A stretch of 64,000 nt of DNA from Longimicrobiales bacterium (lineage in GTDB: Bacteria > Gemmatimonadota > Gemmatimonadetes > Longimicrobiales > Gaopeijiaceae): assembly GCA_965116905.1 (NCBI GenBank), contig OZ220732.1:1184001-1248000 (forward strand). Reading direction: 5' to 3'. A program made the position numbers and the translations under genes. This document shows positions 8,529 to 18,647 of the stretch, piece after piece (the stretch's first letter is position 1; each line of letters begins with the position of its first letter). Under the pieces are notes generated by a model. That model was given only the letters and a program-made list of their open reading frames with translations. It searched no databases and had not been told where the DNA came from.

Positions 8529-10598
8529 ATGACCGTCATTCCCAACCGCCGACACCTTTGCGCGATCGCCGTCGCGATCCTCGCAGTGCCGCTCCCGGCG
8601 ACCGCCCAGGAGAGCCACGCCGACGATCTGCTCACGGTCGGGCACTATCTGGACATGGAACGCGTGGGCGATCCGCAGATCTCTCCGGACGGAAGCCGGA
8701 TCGTCTTTGCCAAGTCGTGGGTCAACAAGATGGAAGACCGCTTCGAATCCGAAATCCGGATCATGGACGCCGACGGCGGCCGGCAGCGCTTCCTGCTGAA
8801 GGGCTCGAATCCCCGGTGGTCCCCTGACGGCACCCGCATCGCGTACCTCGCGCCGGGCGAGCCGTCCGGGCAGCAGATCTGGGTGCGCTGGATGGCGGAG
8901 GGTTCCCCCACGCAGGTCACGCGCGAGACGGAGGCCCCTTCCAACTTCCAGTGGTCCCCCGATGGGGAATACATCTACTTCCAGCGTTTCGTGGCGCACC
9001 CGAATCCGTGGCCGATCGACCTGCCCGCGCCCCCGGAGGGTGCGCAGTGGACGGCGCCGCCCCGGATCATCGACCGAATCCACTACCGCTACGACCGGAT
9101 CGGCTTCCTGGAGGACGGCTTCACGCACCTGTTCCGGGTTCCGAGCGCTGGCGGCACCGCCCGGCAGTTGACCAGCGGGGAGTGGCACGCGGGCGCCACG
9201 TTTGCGCCTGGCGTGGGCAACGTCGGGTACGACCTGACTCCCGACGGCGGCACGCTGCTCTTCGACGGGCTCATGGAAGACACCGACAACCGCTATCGCG
9301 AGTCGCACATCCATGCGCTGGATCTGGCGACGGGCCAGATCCGCCAACTGACCTCCGAACGAGGGCCCTGGGCGCGTCCCCTGATGTCACCTGACGGGCG
9401 GCACATCGCATACACGGGCTTCCCCTGGACGTCACAGACCTACAAGACCACCGAGCTGTACGTGATGGACGCGGACGGCGGCAATGCGCGCCTCGTCTCG
9501 GGCGGTCTCGACAGGGACATCGGCGCCATGCACTGGTCCGAAGACTCGCGCGGCGTGTACTTCACGACCGGCGACCGCGGCACGATGAACGTGCACTACG
9601 CGACCACCGACGGAGAGGTCACCCAGGTCACCGAGGGCAACCACATGCTGTCGCTCACCTCGGCCACGGAGGGCGGCCAGGCGGTGGGCACACGCACCTC
9701 CCCGCACGAGCCCGGCGATGTTGTCGCCTACGACCTGGGACGTCCCGGCGGAATCCGGCAGCTTACCGAGGTCAACGCCGAGGTTCTCGCGGGCATGCGC
9801 CTGGGGGACGTGGAGGAGATCTGGTACGAGTCGACCGGGGGCACGCAGGTGCAGGGCTGGATCGTCAAGCCGCCCGATTTCGATCCCGACGGGAGCTATC
9901 CGCTCATCCTCCACATTCACGGCGGTCCGCATGGGATGTACAACGTCAGCTTCAGCTATCCGTACCAGAACTTCGCGGCCAACGGCTACGTGACGCTGTA
10001 CACCAACCCCCGGGGCAGCACCGGATACGGGACCGACTTCGGCAACGCCATCGACAACGGCTACCCGTCCGTCGACTATGACGACCTCATGGCCGGGGTC
10101 GACGCGCTCATCGATCGCGGCTACATCAACGAGGACCAGATGTACGTCACGGGGTGCAGCGGCGGAGGCGTGCTCTCCAGCTGGGTGATCGGCCACACGA
10201 CGCGTTTCGCGGCAGCGGGCGTGCGCTGCCCGGTGACCAACTGGATCAGCTTCGCAGGCACGGCCGATATCACGGTCTGGGGCTACTACCGCTACCACGG
10301 CTACCCGTGGGACAACCCCGACAAGTACCTGGAGCACTCACCGCTGATGTACGTCGACAACGTCACGACGCCCACGATCGTGATCACCGGCGAGCTGGAC
10401 CTGCGAACCCCGATGGCGCAGTCGGAGGAATACTACCAGGCGCTGAAGCAGTTGGGCGTGCCCACGAAGCTGCTCCGGTTCCAGGAAGAGTACCACGGCA
10501 CCGGTTCGAAGCCCTCCAACTTCATGCGCACCCAGCTCTACCTGATGAAGTGGTTCGAGGAGTACGGCGGCCAGCCGAAGATGGCGACGGACGGATAG
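8529..10598 (+). CDS. S9 family peptidase (WD40/TolB-like propeller plus catalytic domain)
   Basis: AAGGAG RBS, signal peptide, repeated SPDG, IHGGPH, GCSGGG, DLRT, EYHG. Confidence 0.92.
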   Translation: MTVIPNRRHLCAIAVAILAVPLPATAQESHADDLLTVGHYLDMERVGDPQISPDGSRIVFAKSWVNKMEDRFESEIRIMDADGGRQRFLLKGSNPRWSPDGTRIAYLAPGEPSGQQIWVRWMAEGSPTQVTRETEAPSNFQWSPDGEYIYFQRFVAHPNPWPIDLPAPPEGAQWTAPPRIIDRIHYRYDRIGFLEDGFTHLFRVPSAGGTARQLTSGEWHAGATFAPGVGNVGYDLTPDGGTLLFDGLMEDTDNRYRESHIHALDLATGQIRQLTSERGPWARPLMSPDGRHIAYTGFPWTSQTYKTTELYVMDADGGNARLVSGGLDRDIGAMHWSEDSRGVYFTTGDRGTMNVHYATTDGEVTQVTEGNHMLSLTSATEGGQAVGTRTSPHEPGDVVAYDLGRPGGIRQLTEVNAEVLAGMRLGDVEEIWYESTGGTQVQGWIVKPPDFDPDGSYPLILHIHGGPHGMYNVSFSYPYQNFAANGYVTLYTNPRGSTGYGTDFGNAIDNGYPSVDYDDLMAGVDALIDRGYINEDQMYVTGCSGGGVLSSWVIGHTTRFAAAGVRCPVTNWISFAGTADITVWGYYRYHGYPWDNPDKYLEHSPLMYVDNVTTPTIVITGELDLRTPMAQSEEYYQALKQLGVPTKLLRFQEEYHGTGSKPSNFMRTQLYLMKWFEEYGGQPKMATDG

Positions 10599-10607
10599 GT
10601 GCGGCGT

Positions 10608-10642
10608 GCGCCCGGTGCCCGCGTTCTGCCGGTATCGGGCGC
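10608..10642. terminator. GC-rich hairpin between convergent genes, possible bidirectional terminator
   Basis: GCGCCCGGTGCC pairs with GGTATCGGGCGC (G-U allowed); no U-tract. Confidence 0.4.
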
Positions 10643-10664
10643 GCCCGGACCCGCTCCCGGCGGA

Positions 10665-11195
10665 TCAGCCCGGTCTTTGCCGCTGTAGCAGGCTCCGCAA
10701 GGTTTCGGTCTGCTCCTCGTTCAGCAGCGCCGAGAAATCCCTGTGCAGGACCTCGAACGCGGGACCGAGTTGATCGACCAGGTTCCGCATCTCCTGCATC
10801 GTCTGTCTCGCCTGCGCGTTGCCACCGCCCCCGCCACGCCGGGCACCGCCGCCACCACCCCGCCGCGCGCGCCCCATGCGGTCGCGCATCTGTGTCCGTA
10901 TGCGGTCGTAGCGGCCCAGTGCCGTCTTGTTGGCTTCCCGGAAGTCCGCGACCAGGACGGATGCGCTATTCGCCTGCTCGTCGCTCAGCGCAAGGCTCTC
11001 GGAGAAGCCTTCGAAGCGCTGATCCAGCGCGTCCCACAGTCGCACTCCGGGGTTGTTCGCGAAACCGCCGAGTGCCCCGCCGGGGCGTTGGGCGGTCGCG
11101 GAGCCGGGCAAGGCGGCCGCGGCAGCGAGGGCGACGGCCGCTCCTGCGACGATGCCCAATGCGAAGAATGACTTGCGAGGTATTGAGAATCTCAT
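10665..11195 (-). CDS. Exported helical hypothetical protein (Spy/CpxP-like)
   Basis: GGAG RBS; signal peptide; LSDEQ and LNEEQ resemble LTxxQ motifs; Gly/Arg-rich loop. Confidence 0.55.
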   Translation of the reverse strand: MRFSIPRKSFFALGIVAGAAVALAAAAALPGSATAQRPGGALGGFANNPGVRLWDALDQRFEGFSESLALSDEQANSASVLVADFREANKTALGRYDRIRTQMRDRMGRARRGGGGGARRGGGGGNAQARQTMQEMRNLVDQLGPAFEVLHRDFSALLNEEQTETLRSLLQRQRPG

Positions 11196-11312
11196 GGACG
11201 GTATCTCCTGGCAACGGGTGTTTGCTGGCTGACTCTGGGGACGATGCTCGAGCGGGCCGCGGGCACCTCCCGCCGCCCTGTCGCTCAAAGGACAGTCCGG
11301 CATCGCAAACCG

Positions 11313-13571
11313 TTAGAACGCGATGAGCTTGGTCACCTTCAGCGTCACCGCGCGATCGATCACGCTGGCCTGCCCCGGTTCGGGACTCCGGTTGCGCAGC
11401 TCCGAGTACACCAGGAAGACATCGCTCAGCGGGGCATGGATCAGGTTGAAGCGGACGTTGGTCTGCAGTTGGTCGGCGGCCTCATTGTACTGCACGAACG
11501 CGCTAAGGAACGTCCGTGTGTTCTGCGCGTAGCGGAGGCGGCCGGCGAAGAGGTTGGCGTCGAAGGTGCGGCCGGCGAGGGTCAGGCGGTTGCGCTGCAC
11601 CGAACCCTCCACGAACAGGTGGGCGCTGGGGCGCAGTGTGACCCCGCCGGACACGGAGGATCGCCGACCGTCGAAGAACCCTCCCCGCGTGACCGCAAAC
11701 GTGCCCCCCAGCTTGCGTCCGAGGTTGGACCGGTAACTGGCGGTGAACGCCCCGAAGTCGTACTCGCCAGCGGGCACGGCGACGCCGGCTATGGGCGTGG
11801 CGGCGGCAAAGCGCTCGTACGACGCCGAGTACTCCATCGTGAGCAGACCGCTGTCGAGGAAGGCGATCCCGAGGCCGGGCCTGATCTCCCGGCTCTCCAG
11901 GCTCCAGCCCAGGTCCGAAAAGACGTTGAAGTCCACGTAGGGATTGAGTTCGCGCACGTGTGGGATGGCCGGCTGCGGGTGCGCGCCCAGCGTCACGAAG
12001 CCCTGCCGGACGCCGCGCCTCGCGACGAACCCGACCCCCGGGTTGAAGTCGTCGCCGACGGTCTTGACGAGCACCGAGGCCGCCCAAAGCGGGTCCCGCC
12101 ATGCGAACTCGAGCGCTCCGGTCATTCTGTCGCCGCTGCCGTGGGGCTCGCTGCTGACGTCGGGCTCGCGGCTCACGTCGGGCTCGTCGGTCACGGCCAG
12201 GTAGGAATTGAGCAGCATCCGCCCGCCGGCCAGGCGCAGGTTCGCGTCCGCGCCGAATGTCCGGTTGTAGGCGTCCGCCACGCTCCCGCCCGTGCCCTCG
12301 CGGTTCACGAACATGAACCCGATGTCGCTGCTGGTCAGGACATTCCTTCTGAGGCGCACAACCGAGAAGTTCTCGCCCGGGTGCGAGGGGCCGTCCCGCG
12401 TCTGCATGTTGAGGAGGCCCACGGCGTAGCCGCCCACACGACCCGTCATGCGGGCGCCGGCCGCGATCGGAACCGGCGTTCGGTCGGCCGACAGCCCGAT
12501 TCGCCGACTGTGGAAGAGCTTGAAGTTCTGTGGCCCGGATCCGGTGCGGAAATTGCGGACGCGGGCGTCCTGGAAGCTGAAGATTCCGTCGTTCTCCAGG
12601 AAGAAGTCCCGCTTCTCGGGGAAGAAAAGCGAGAAACGCGTGAGGTTGATCTGCTGCTCGTCCACCTCCACCTGTGAGAAGTCCGTCAGAGCGGTGATGT
12701 CGAGCGTGAGTTGGGGTGTAATCCCCCATTTCAAGTCGAACCCGCCTTCCAGCTTCTCCGTCGAGGCGTCGGTGTGCTGGCCGTCGCTTCGGACCCCGTT
12801 CACGAACGGCTTGACCCACAGGTTGCGCCCCTGCTCCAGCCCTTCGAGCGACGTCAGCCTTCCCGCCCGGGACATCTTGTAGACCCGGAACTGGCGGGTG
12901 AGCGGTGCCCAGCTGGAGTCTTCGGAGATCCGCCTGATTCGCCGGGAGAAGTTGATCCCCCAGTCCTGTGGCCCGTCGGTCTCGCGGAACCGCAGCGTCG
13001 TCATCGGAACCGCGATCTCCGCCACCCATCCGTACTCGGTGATCCGAGTCGCCACCTCGATTTCGCCCTCCCAGGCCCGGTTCACCGATTGCTGGTCGTT
13101 GAAGGCCTGTGCATCGAAGAGCGCCCCGGCCGGATTCACGGCGAAGAGGAAGGCATTCTGCCGGTCCAGATAGGTGTCGAGCGCGAAGCCGAAGATGTCC
13201 GAGTCCTGGGTCGCGAAGTCCTGCTCCATGCCGGCGGACACGAGCGCCTCCGGGCGGCTGTCGTACATCGTCGCGCCGACGTAGAGGCGCTCCTCGTCGT
13301 AGAGTACGCGGACAACCGTGCGCTCCGATGACGGAAGGCCCTGGCTGGGAATGGACTGGTAGAAGACGCCCCGGGTTGAGTCGGCCAGCGACCATGCCGC
13401 CTCGTCCAGGTTTCCGTCCAGCGTGATCGGCGAGGTGGCGCGCCTGGCCTCCAGCGACGGCCGCGGCGATGCGTCGGGGTCGATGCGGTCGACCGGGACG
13501 ACCTGGGAAGCCAGCGGGTGTGGCGCGGTCACCAGGAGCGCCACAGCCAGGACGCGAAGAGGAGTTGGCAA
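11313..13571 (-). CDS. CBM9-like domain plus DUF5916 outer-membrane protein
   Basis: ITLDGNLDEAAW, WVAEIAVP, DFSQVEVD..INLTRFSLFFPEKRDFFLEN, terminal Phe. Confidence 0.85.
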   Translation of the reverse strand: MPTPLRVLAVALLVTAPHPLASQVVPVDRIDPDASPRPSLEARRATSPITLDGNLDEAAWSLADSTRGVFYQSIPSQGLPSSERTVVRVLYDEERLYVGATMYDSRPEALVSAGMEQDFATQDSDIFGFALDTYLDRQNAFLFAVNPAGALFDAQAFNDQQSVNRAWEGEIEVATRITEYGWVAEIAVPMTTLRFRETDGPQDWGINFSRRIRRISEDSSWAPLTRQFRVYKMSRAGRLTSLEGLEQGRNLWVKPFVNGVRSDGQHTDASTEKLEGGFDLKWGITPQLTLDITALTDFSQVEVDEQQINLTRFSLFFPEKRDFFLENDGIFSFQDARVRNFRTGSGPQNFKLFHSRRIGLSADRTPVPIAAGARMTGRVGGYAVGLLNMQTRDGPSHPGENFSVVRLRRNVLTSSDIGFMFVNREGTGGSVADAYNRTFGADANLRLAGGRMLLNSYLAVTDEPDVSREPDVSSEPHGSGDRMTGALEFAWRDPLWAASVLVKTVGDDFNPGVGFVARRGVRQGFVTLGAHPQPAIPHVRELNPYVDFNVFSDLGWSLESREIRPGLGIAFLDSGLLTMEYSASYERFAAATPIAGVAVPAGEYDFGAFTASYRSNLGRKLGGTFAVTRGGFFDGRRSSVSGGVTLRPSAHLFVEGSVQRNRLTLAGRTFDANLFAGRLRYAQNTRTFLSAFVQYNEAADQLQTNVRFNLIHAPLSDVFLVYSELRNRSPEPGQASVIDRAVTLKVTKLIAF

Positions 13572-13591
13572 CGGCTGCTGGTGTCCCGTCT

Positions 13592-14083
13592 CTAGAGCAG
13601 GCGATCCAGGCTTACGATGAGGCCGACGATGAGCACGATCTGGCCAAGCAGCAGCTGATACATGCGTGTCTTCAGGCCCTCCAGGCTCAGATTGACCTCG
13701 GTGCGGAGTTCTTCGATCTGACCCCTGACCTCGGTGCGCAGGTTCCGGATCTCGTTCTCGATCTTCTCGTGCAGGGCGGCTGTCTCGCTCTCGATCCTCC
13801 CGTGCAGGGCGGCTGTCTCGCTCTCGATTCTCCCGTGCAGGGCGGCCGTTTCGCTCTCGATCTTCCCGTGCAGGGCCTGGATCTTCCCGTGCAGCGCGGT
13901 CGTCTCGCTCTTCAATGTGCCTTCGAGGTCGCGCACCTGTCCCCTGGTCGCCCCATGGCCGGCGGCAAAGCCGCGAAAAACGGTGACGAGCGTCTCCGCC
14001 TGGCTGGTTTCGAATCCGGCCGCTTCAAGCGCGCGCGCGGCCTTCAAGGTGTCGACTCCGAAGTCGTTCATGGCTTCGAACAT
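13592..14083 (-). CDS. DUF1640/CCDC90-like membrane-anchored coiled-coil protein
   Basis: Head DTLKAARALEAAGFETSQAE, ATR.Q neck, repeat stalk, C-terminal TM; GGAGG RBS. Confidence 0.8.
   Translation of the reverse strand: MFEAMNDFGVDTLKAARALEAAGFETSQAETLVTVFRGFAAGHGATRGQVRDLEGTLKSETTALHGKIQALHGKIESETAALHGRIESETAALHGRIESETAALHEKIENEIRNLRTEVRGQIEELRTEVNLSLEGLKTRMYQLLLGQIVLIVGLIVSLDRLL
13769..13910 (-). repeat. 33-bp tandem repeats (3 copies plus a 21-bp unit and a partial unit) encoding IESETAALHG(K/R)
   Basis: Read directly. Confidence 0.9.
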
Positions 14084-14280
14084 CCCGTTTTTCCTCCCGT
14101 GGTGTCAAGTCGAAATCAAGTCGGGTTCCGAGGACCCACAGGATCGCGGTAGCGCCGGGGCAGAAGGATGGCCGGATGGGACTTCCGACGCGTATTGTAC
14201 TCCCACGCACCGGAACCTCATTTCAGGTCGGCGGGTATCATGCCCGCGAGGCTCCCTCCAATCATCCGGTGAGGACATCC

Positions 14281-15354
14281 ATGCCCCGCATCCCAATACC
14301 GCCATGCACGGCGCTCAGAACCGCCTGGGGGTGGGCGCTTTCTTTCGTCGTTGCCGGCTCCACGACCGCATTCCACGTGAGCGCTCAGGAGACCGTGGAA
14401 AGCGCGACGGTCACTGTGACCGGCACCGTCGTGAACGGAGTGAACGGCGAACCCGTTGCCGGAGTCATCGTCGTTGCGGAGGCGCTGGACCGCACCTTCG
14501 TGACCGACGCCCAGGGGCAGTTCGTCTTCGCCGAAGTGCCCCGCGGGGTGTACGGAATCGACCTGATTCACAAGGACTACGAGCGCCTGGAGGGCAACCT
14601 TTCGATTGACCAGCCGGGGTCGTTCGTTCTCGCCATGACCCCGACGGTCGGGTCGGACGCAGGCTTGATGACGGGCATCGTGGGCTTCGTCACGGATCAG
14701 GTGAGCGGGGATCCCATTTCCGAGGTTGTGGTGAACGCGCCGCTTACCGGCCGTGTTGCCAGAACAGGTGCCGAGGGACGCTTCAGTCTGGCAGAGCTGT
14801 CCCCGGGGCGGCATGAGATCCGGTTTTCCCATCTCGGATACATCGAGCGCACGGAATCGATCGACGTCCAGATGGGCCGCGTCACCACGGTGCGGGTGGT
14901 CCTCGACGTCAACGCCATCTCGCTGGATGCCATCGAGGTCACCGTGGACAGGCGAGACGCAACCCTGGAGGACCGGGGGTTCTATCAGCGGGAAGAGGAT
15001 GGGTGGGGGTACTTCGTGGATCGGGAGGATCTGGAGGCCAGGAACCCGATCGAGCTGACGGATGCCCTGGACCGTTTTCCGGGGGTGAGGGTCGTCTACA
15101 ACCCCAGGGGCCCCGGTCAAAGGCACCTCCGACTCCGAAACTTCGGCGAAACGTGTTCCCCGACGATCTATATCGACGGCATCAGGATGATCGGTCTTGG
15201 GGGCATGTCCATCAACGACATGGTCGATCCATCGGTGGTTGCCGGAGTGGAGATGTATCGCGGTGTGGCCGGCAGACCGGCGGAGTACTGGGGTTCATCG
15301 TGTGGCGTCGTCCTCATCTGGCTCCGGCGGGGAGAAAGCCGACGGGCCAGATAG
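14281..15354 (+). CDS. Two carboxypeptidase-regulatory-like domains plus TonB plug-like domain, no barrel
   Basis: GAGGA RBS; two 'G.V.D..G.P..V.V' units; DALDRFPGV, YIDG, VAGVEMYRG, CGVVLIW. Confidence 0.75.
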   Translation: MPRIPIPPCTALRTAWGWALSFVVAGSTTAFHVSAQETVESATVTVTGTVVNGVNGEPVAGVIVVAEALDRTFVTDAQGQFVFAEVPRGVYGIDLIHKDYERLEGNLSIDQPGSFVLAMTPTVGSDAGLMTGIVGFVTDQVSGDPISEVVVNAPLTGRVARTGAEGRFSLAELSPGRHEIRFSHLGYIERTESIDVQMGRVTTVRVVLDVNAISLDAIEVTVDRRDATLEDRGFYQREEDGWGYFVDREDLEARNPIELTDALDRFPGVRVVYNPRGPGQRHLRLRNFGETCSPTIYIDGIRMIGLGGMSINDMVDPSVVAGVEMYRGVAGRPAEYWGSSCGVVLIWLRRGESRRAR

Positions 15355-15487
15355 CAGCCCTGCATCGGCGCCGAACGGTCTGGCGCGGACAGGCCCGTAT
15401 CCCCACCTTGTGAGGTTCAGCGCGTCCCGCGTTCCGGGAGAAACGCGCCAGCCAACCACTTGGCCTTCGGATGACGAGGAGCGAGCC

Positions 15488-15943
15488 ATGCGTGTCACGG
15501 TCGGATTGGGAATCGCGGTGATGGTGTTGGGTTGCGGCGGCGGAACGGGAGACAGTCAGGAAGCCGACGCCGGCGACGCCGGGATGGCCGACGAAGCCAT
15601 GGCGCCCGCCCGCGTGATGATCACCGCGCCCGCCGACGGCGCCGAGGTGGACGCCGGGCCGGTGGTCTTCGTCATGGAGACCGAGGGGCTCGAGATCGTG
15701 GCGGCCGGCGTCATGGATGCCGGTACGGGGCACCATCACCTGATCGTCGACGGCGATGTCGATTGGACGCTGCCGATTCCGAACGATCCCGGCGTCCACT
15801 ACCACATGGGCCTGGCCCAGACCGAGTTCACGATCGAGGACATGACGCCGGGCGAGCACCGGGTCATCGCGGTGGTTGCGGACGGCGTGCACATCCCCCT
15901 CGATCCCCCGGTGGCCGACACCATCACGGTCGTCGTTCGGTAG
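15488..15943 (+). CDS. DUF4399-like lipoprotein
   Basis: AGGAG RBS; lipobox VLGC; TGHHHLIVD, HYHMG, PGEH, DGVH. Confidence 0.8.
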   Translation: MRVTVGLGIAVMVLGCGGGTGDSQEADAGDAGMADEAMAPARVMITAPADGAEVDAGPVVFVMETEGLEIVAAGVMDAGTGHHHLIVDGDVDWTLPIPNDPGVHYHMGLAQTEFTIEDMTPGEHRVIAVVADGVHIPLDPPVADTITVVVR

Positions 15944-15949
15944 CACGCC

Positions 15950-17458
15950 GTGGCAGGAATCCCCGCAGTATCGAAAGGGCGACGCGGGGGCACGCGGCAG
16001 AACGGGCGATCGCCGCGGGCGCGGATCGCGTGGAATGCGCCGGCCCCTGCGCGGGCCCCTGCATGGTTCATGGCTGGCGTGGCCCTCATGGTTGGCGTGG
16101 CCTTCATGGTGGCCGGGTGCACCGATCTCGCCGACCGGGGTGTCGCTGCGCGTGTGGATGACTGGACGCTGAGCGAGGAGCGTCTGGCCGAACTGATCGT
16201 GCTGGCCCAGCCCTTCCCGCTGGACTCCGCCGCGGTGCACGAGCTGGCCGTCCACTGGGTGGCTGGCGCGGCCTTGTCGCTCAGGGCTGCGGCCGGAGAC
16301 TCGCTGGCGGGCTCCGAGGCGCTCGCGGAATCGACCTGGCTGGAGCAGCGGGAGGCGATGCTCGCGCTTGATCGCGAGGAGCGCCTCGCCGGCTCCGTGG
16401 CGTTGGACGATCTGGCTGTCGAGCGCACCTTCAATCAGGGAACGCTGCGGCTGATCGCGCACGTCCTGAGGCGTGTGGGCCCGGAGACCTCGTCCAGCGA
16501 GCGGCTGCTTCAGCAGCGGACCGCCGAGCGCCTGCTTTCCGTGCTGGTCGAGGGTGGATCCTGGACCCAGCTCGTGGCCGAGAGCGAGGATCCGGTGTCG
16601 CGCCAGGCGGGTGGACTCCTGGGCCTGTTCGGTCCGGGCGAGTTGCCCGGTACGCTCGACCGAACCGCGTTCAGGCTGGAGCCCGGACAGGTTTCCGGCG
16701 TGACCCAGAGCAGCGACGGCTACCACATCCTCTATCGTCCCCGGTTCGAGGAGGTGGGATCGCTGTTCGCGAGCCGGCTGTACCAGCGGCGCCTGATCGA
16801 GGCGGACATGGCGGCCGCGGAGAGCGATCGGACCACGCGCGCCTTCGCCGTGCCGCCGGGTGCCTCGACCGTCGTGGGGGTCATGGTGACGGACCCCTCG
16901 CAGTGGCTGGACTCGCAACAGCCGCTGGCAACGTGGGAAGCGGCGCCGGATGACGAAGACTCGGCGGACGCGGCGGACGAGGCGGGCGCGGCGGACGAGG
17001 CGGGCGCACTGCCGGCAGGCACCGTCGCCCGCTACATGTTCTTCCTGCCGCCGGAGTCACTCGCGGAACTGGCCGAAGCCGGGCAGGAGGCGCGCACGCG
17101 CTTCGTGCGCGACCTGGGCATGCGCGAGTTGCGCCTGGCCGATGCGGCCGCACGGGGGCTGACGCTGGATCCTGCGGCTCTCCAGGACTATGCACGCCTC
17201 CACGCGGACGAGATGGAGTACTGGACCCGCGCCCTGGAATTGGACGCACCCGACGCCCCGTCACGAGACGCGCTGGCCCGGCACATGGAGTCGCTGGTCT
17301 CGCGCCGCGAGGATGCGCGGTCGCTCCCGCCGCTGCTGGAGGCGTGGCTGCTGGGCCGGACCGAGTCCCGGGTACGGGGGCGAGGCGTCCTGGCCGCGAT
17401 CGTGCTGGCGCGCGGCATGCTCACGGAAGCGGGCGGCACGACCGGCACCGATCCGTGA
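15950..17458 (+). CDS. Parvulin/PpiC-type peptidylprolyl isomerase lipoprotein
   Basis: AHVL, SEDPVSRQAGGLLG, AFRLEPGQVS..QSSDGYHIL; lipobox VAGC; start may be 16070. Confidence 0.75.
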   Translation: MAGIPAVSKGRRGGTRQNGRSPRARIAWNAPAPARAPAWFMAGVALMVGVAFMVAGCTDLADRGVAARVDDWTLSEERLAELIVLAQPFPLDSAAVHELAVHWVAGAALSLRAAAGDSLAGSEALAESTWLEQREAMLALDREERLAGSVALDDLAVERTFNQGTLRLIAHVLRRVGPETSSSERLLQQRTAERLLSVLVEGGSWTQLVAESEDPVSRQAGGLLGLFGPGELPGTLDRTAFRLEPGQVSGVTQSSDGYHILYRPRFEEVGSLFASRLYQRRLIEADMAAAESDRTTRAFAVPPGASTVVGVMVTDPSQWLDSQQPLATWEAAPDDEDSADAADEAGAADEAGALPAGTVARYMFFLPPESLAELAEAGQEARTRFVRDLGMRELRLADAAARGLTLDPAALQDYARLHADEMEYWTRALELDAPDAPSRDALARHMESLVSRREDARSLPPLLEAWLLGRTESRVRGRGVLAAIVLARGMLTEAGGTTGTDP

Positions 17459-18639
17459 GCAGCCGGGTCGCACCCGTCGCGGCGACGATCTGCTGCGTCG
17501 CGCTGTGGGCGTGCGGGACCGACCCGGCTGAACCGCCGCCCGCACCGGGTGAGCCCGTCGCGGGGCTGAGCACGGGCGAACGCGGGCGCTTCCTCGTCGG
17601 CCGTGCGCTGTTCGAGCGTCTCGCGACTGCCGACGAGGGACTCGGCCCCCTCTACAACGCCGAACGCTGCAGCGACTGTCACGACCAGCCCGCAGTGGGG
17701 GGCGGCGGCACGCAGCGGTTCCGCGTCCTCAAGGCGACCCGCTTCGCGGACGGCCGCTGCGACCTGCTCCGGGCCGAGGGCGGCGACAACATCCAGCGCC
17801 GCGCGACCGACCTCCTCGTTGCGCACGGGATGGGCCCCGAGATCGTCCCCCCCACGGCCACCGACACCGCGCTCATGACCGCGCCGCCGCTGTTCGGCCT
17901 CGGCCTCGTCGAAGCGGTGCCCGACGCGGTCCTCGCGGAGAGCGCCGACCCGGACGACCTGGACGGTGACGGCATCTCGGGGCGACTGCCGCGCCTGCCG
18001 GACGGCCGCACGGCACGATTCGGGCGCAAAGGCGACGCCGCGACGCTGGAAGACTTCGTCGACACGGCCCTGCGGTTCGAACTGGGCTTCACCACCGCCG
18101 CGCACCCCGCCGAAGAGGCGCGCAACGGCATCGCCGTGCCCGGCGCGGCGGATCCCATGCCCGACCCCGAAATCGACGCCGCCACGATGGGCCAGCTCAC
18201 CGATTACGTGCGGTTCCTGGCGCCGCCGGCCCCGGAAGCCGACCTGCCTCCCGCCGTCCGGGACACGGTGGCGCGCGGCGGCGCGCTCTTCCGCCAGATC
18301 GGCTGCGCCTCATGCCACCGGGAAGAGCTTCGCACGGGTTCCTCATCGTCCCCGGCGCTCGCGAACCGGACCATCCGGCCCTGGTCGGATCTGCTCCTGC
18401 ACGATCTGGGCCCGGGGCTGGCGGATGTCTGCGGCGTGGACGCCTCGCCCACCGAACTGCGCACGGCCCCGCTGTGGGGACTGCGTCACCGCACCCGCTA
18501 TCTGCACGATGGCAGGGCAGCGGACATCGCGGCCGCCATCTCGGCCCACGGAGGCGAAGCCGCGGCCGCCCGCGACGCCTTTCTGTCGCTGCCGGACGAC
18601 ACGCGCCTGGCGATCGTCCGCTTCCTGAACTCGTTGTGA
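17455..18639 (+). CDS. Di-heme oxidoreductase family protein (DUF1111), copy 1
   Basis: GLGPLYN..CSDCH, APPLFGLGL, DPDDLDGDGISGR, GRFG-like ARFGRK, CASCH, LLLHDLG, RTAPLWG, YLHDGRA; GTGA overlap. Confidence 0.9.
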   Translation: MSSRVAPVAATICCVALWACGTDPAEPPPAPGEPVAGLSTGERGRFLVGRALFERLATADEGLGPLYNAERCSDCHDQPAVGGGGTQRFRVLKATRFADGRCDLLRAEGGDNIQRRATDLLVAHGMGPEIVPPTATDTALMTAPPLFGLGLVEAVPDAVLAESADPDDLDGDGISGRLPRLPDGRTARFGRKGDAATLEDFVDTALRFELGFTTAAHPAEEARNGIAVPGAADPMPDPEIDAATMGQLTDYVRFLAPPAPEADLPPAVRDTVARGGALFRQIGCASCHREELRTGSSSSPALANRTIRPWSDLLLHDLGPGLADVCGVDASPTELRTAPLWGLRHRTRYLHDGRAADIAAAISAHGGEAAAARDAFLSLPDDTRLAIVRFLNSL

Positions 18640-18647
18640 GGCATGCT

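Noticed and set aside
7556..8635. Extended N-termini in the ORF track (e.g. starts 8635, 8415, 5876, 17344, 18312, 25062, 34533, 41812)
   Set aside because: They overlap neighbouring genes; downstream starts fit RBS, signal peptides and family N-termini better.
13769..13910. CRISPR-like array (also considered 23980-24026)
   Set aside because: Units are contiguous with no unique spacers, and there are no cas genes.
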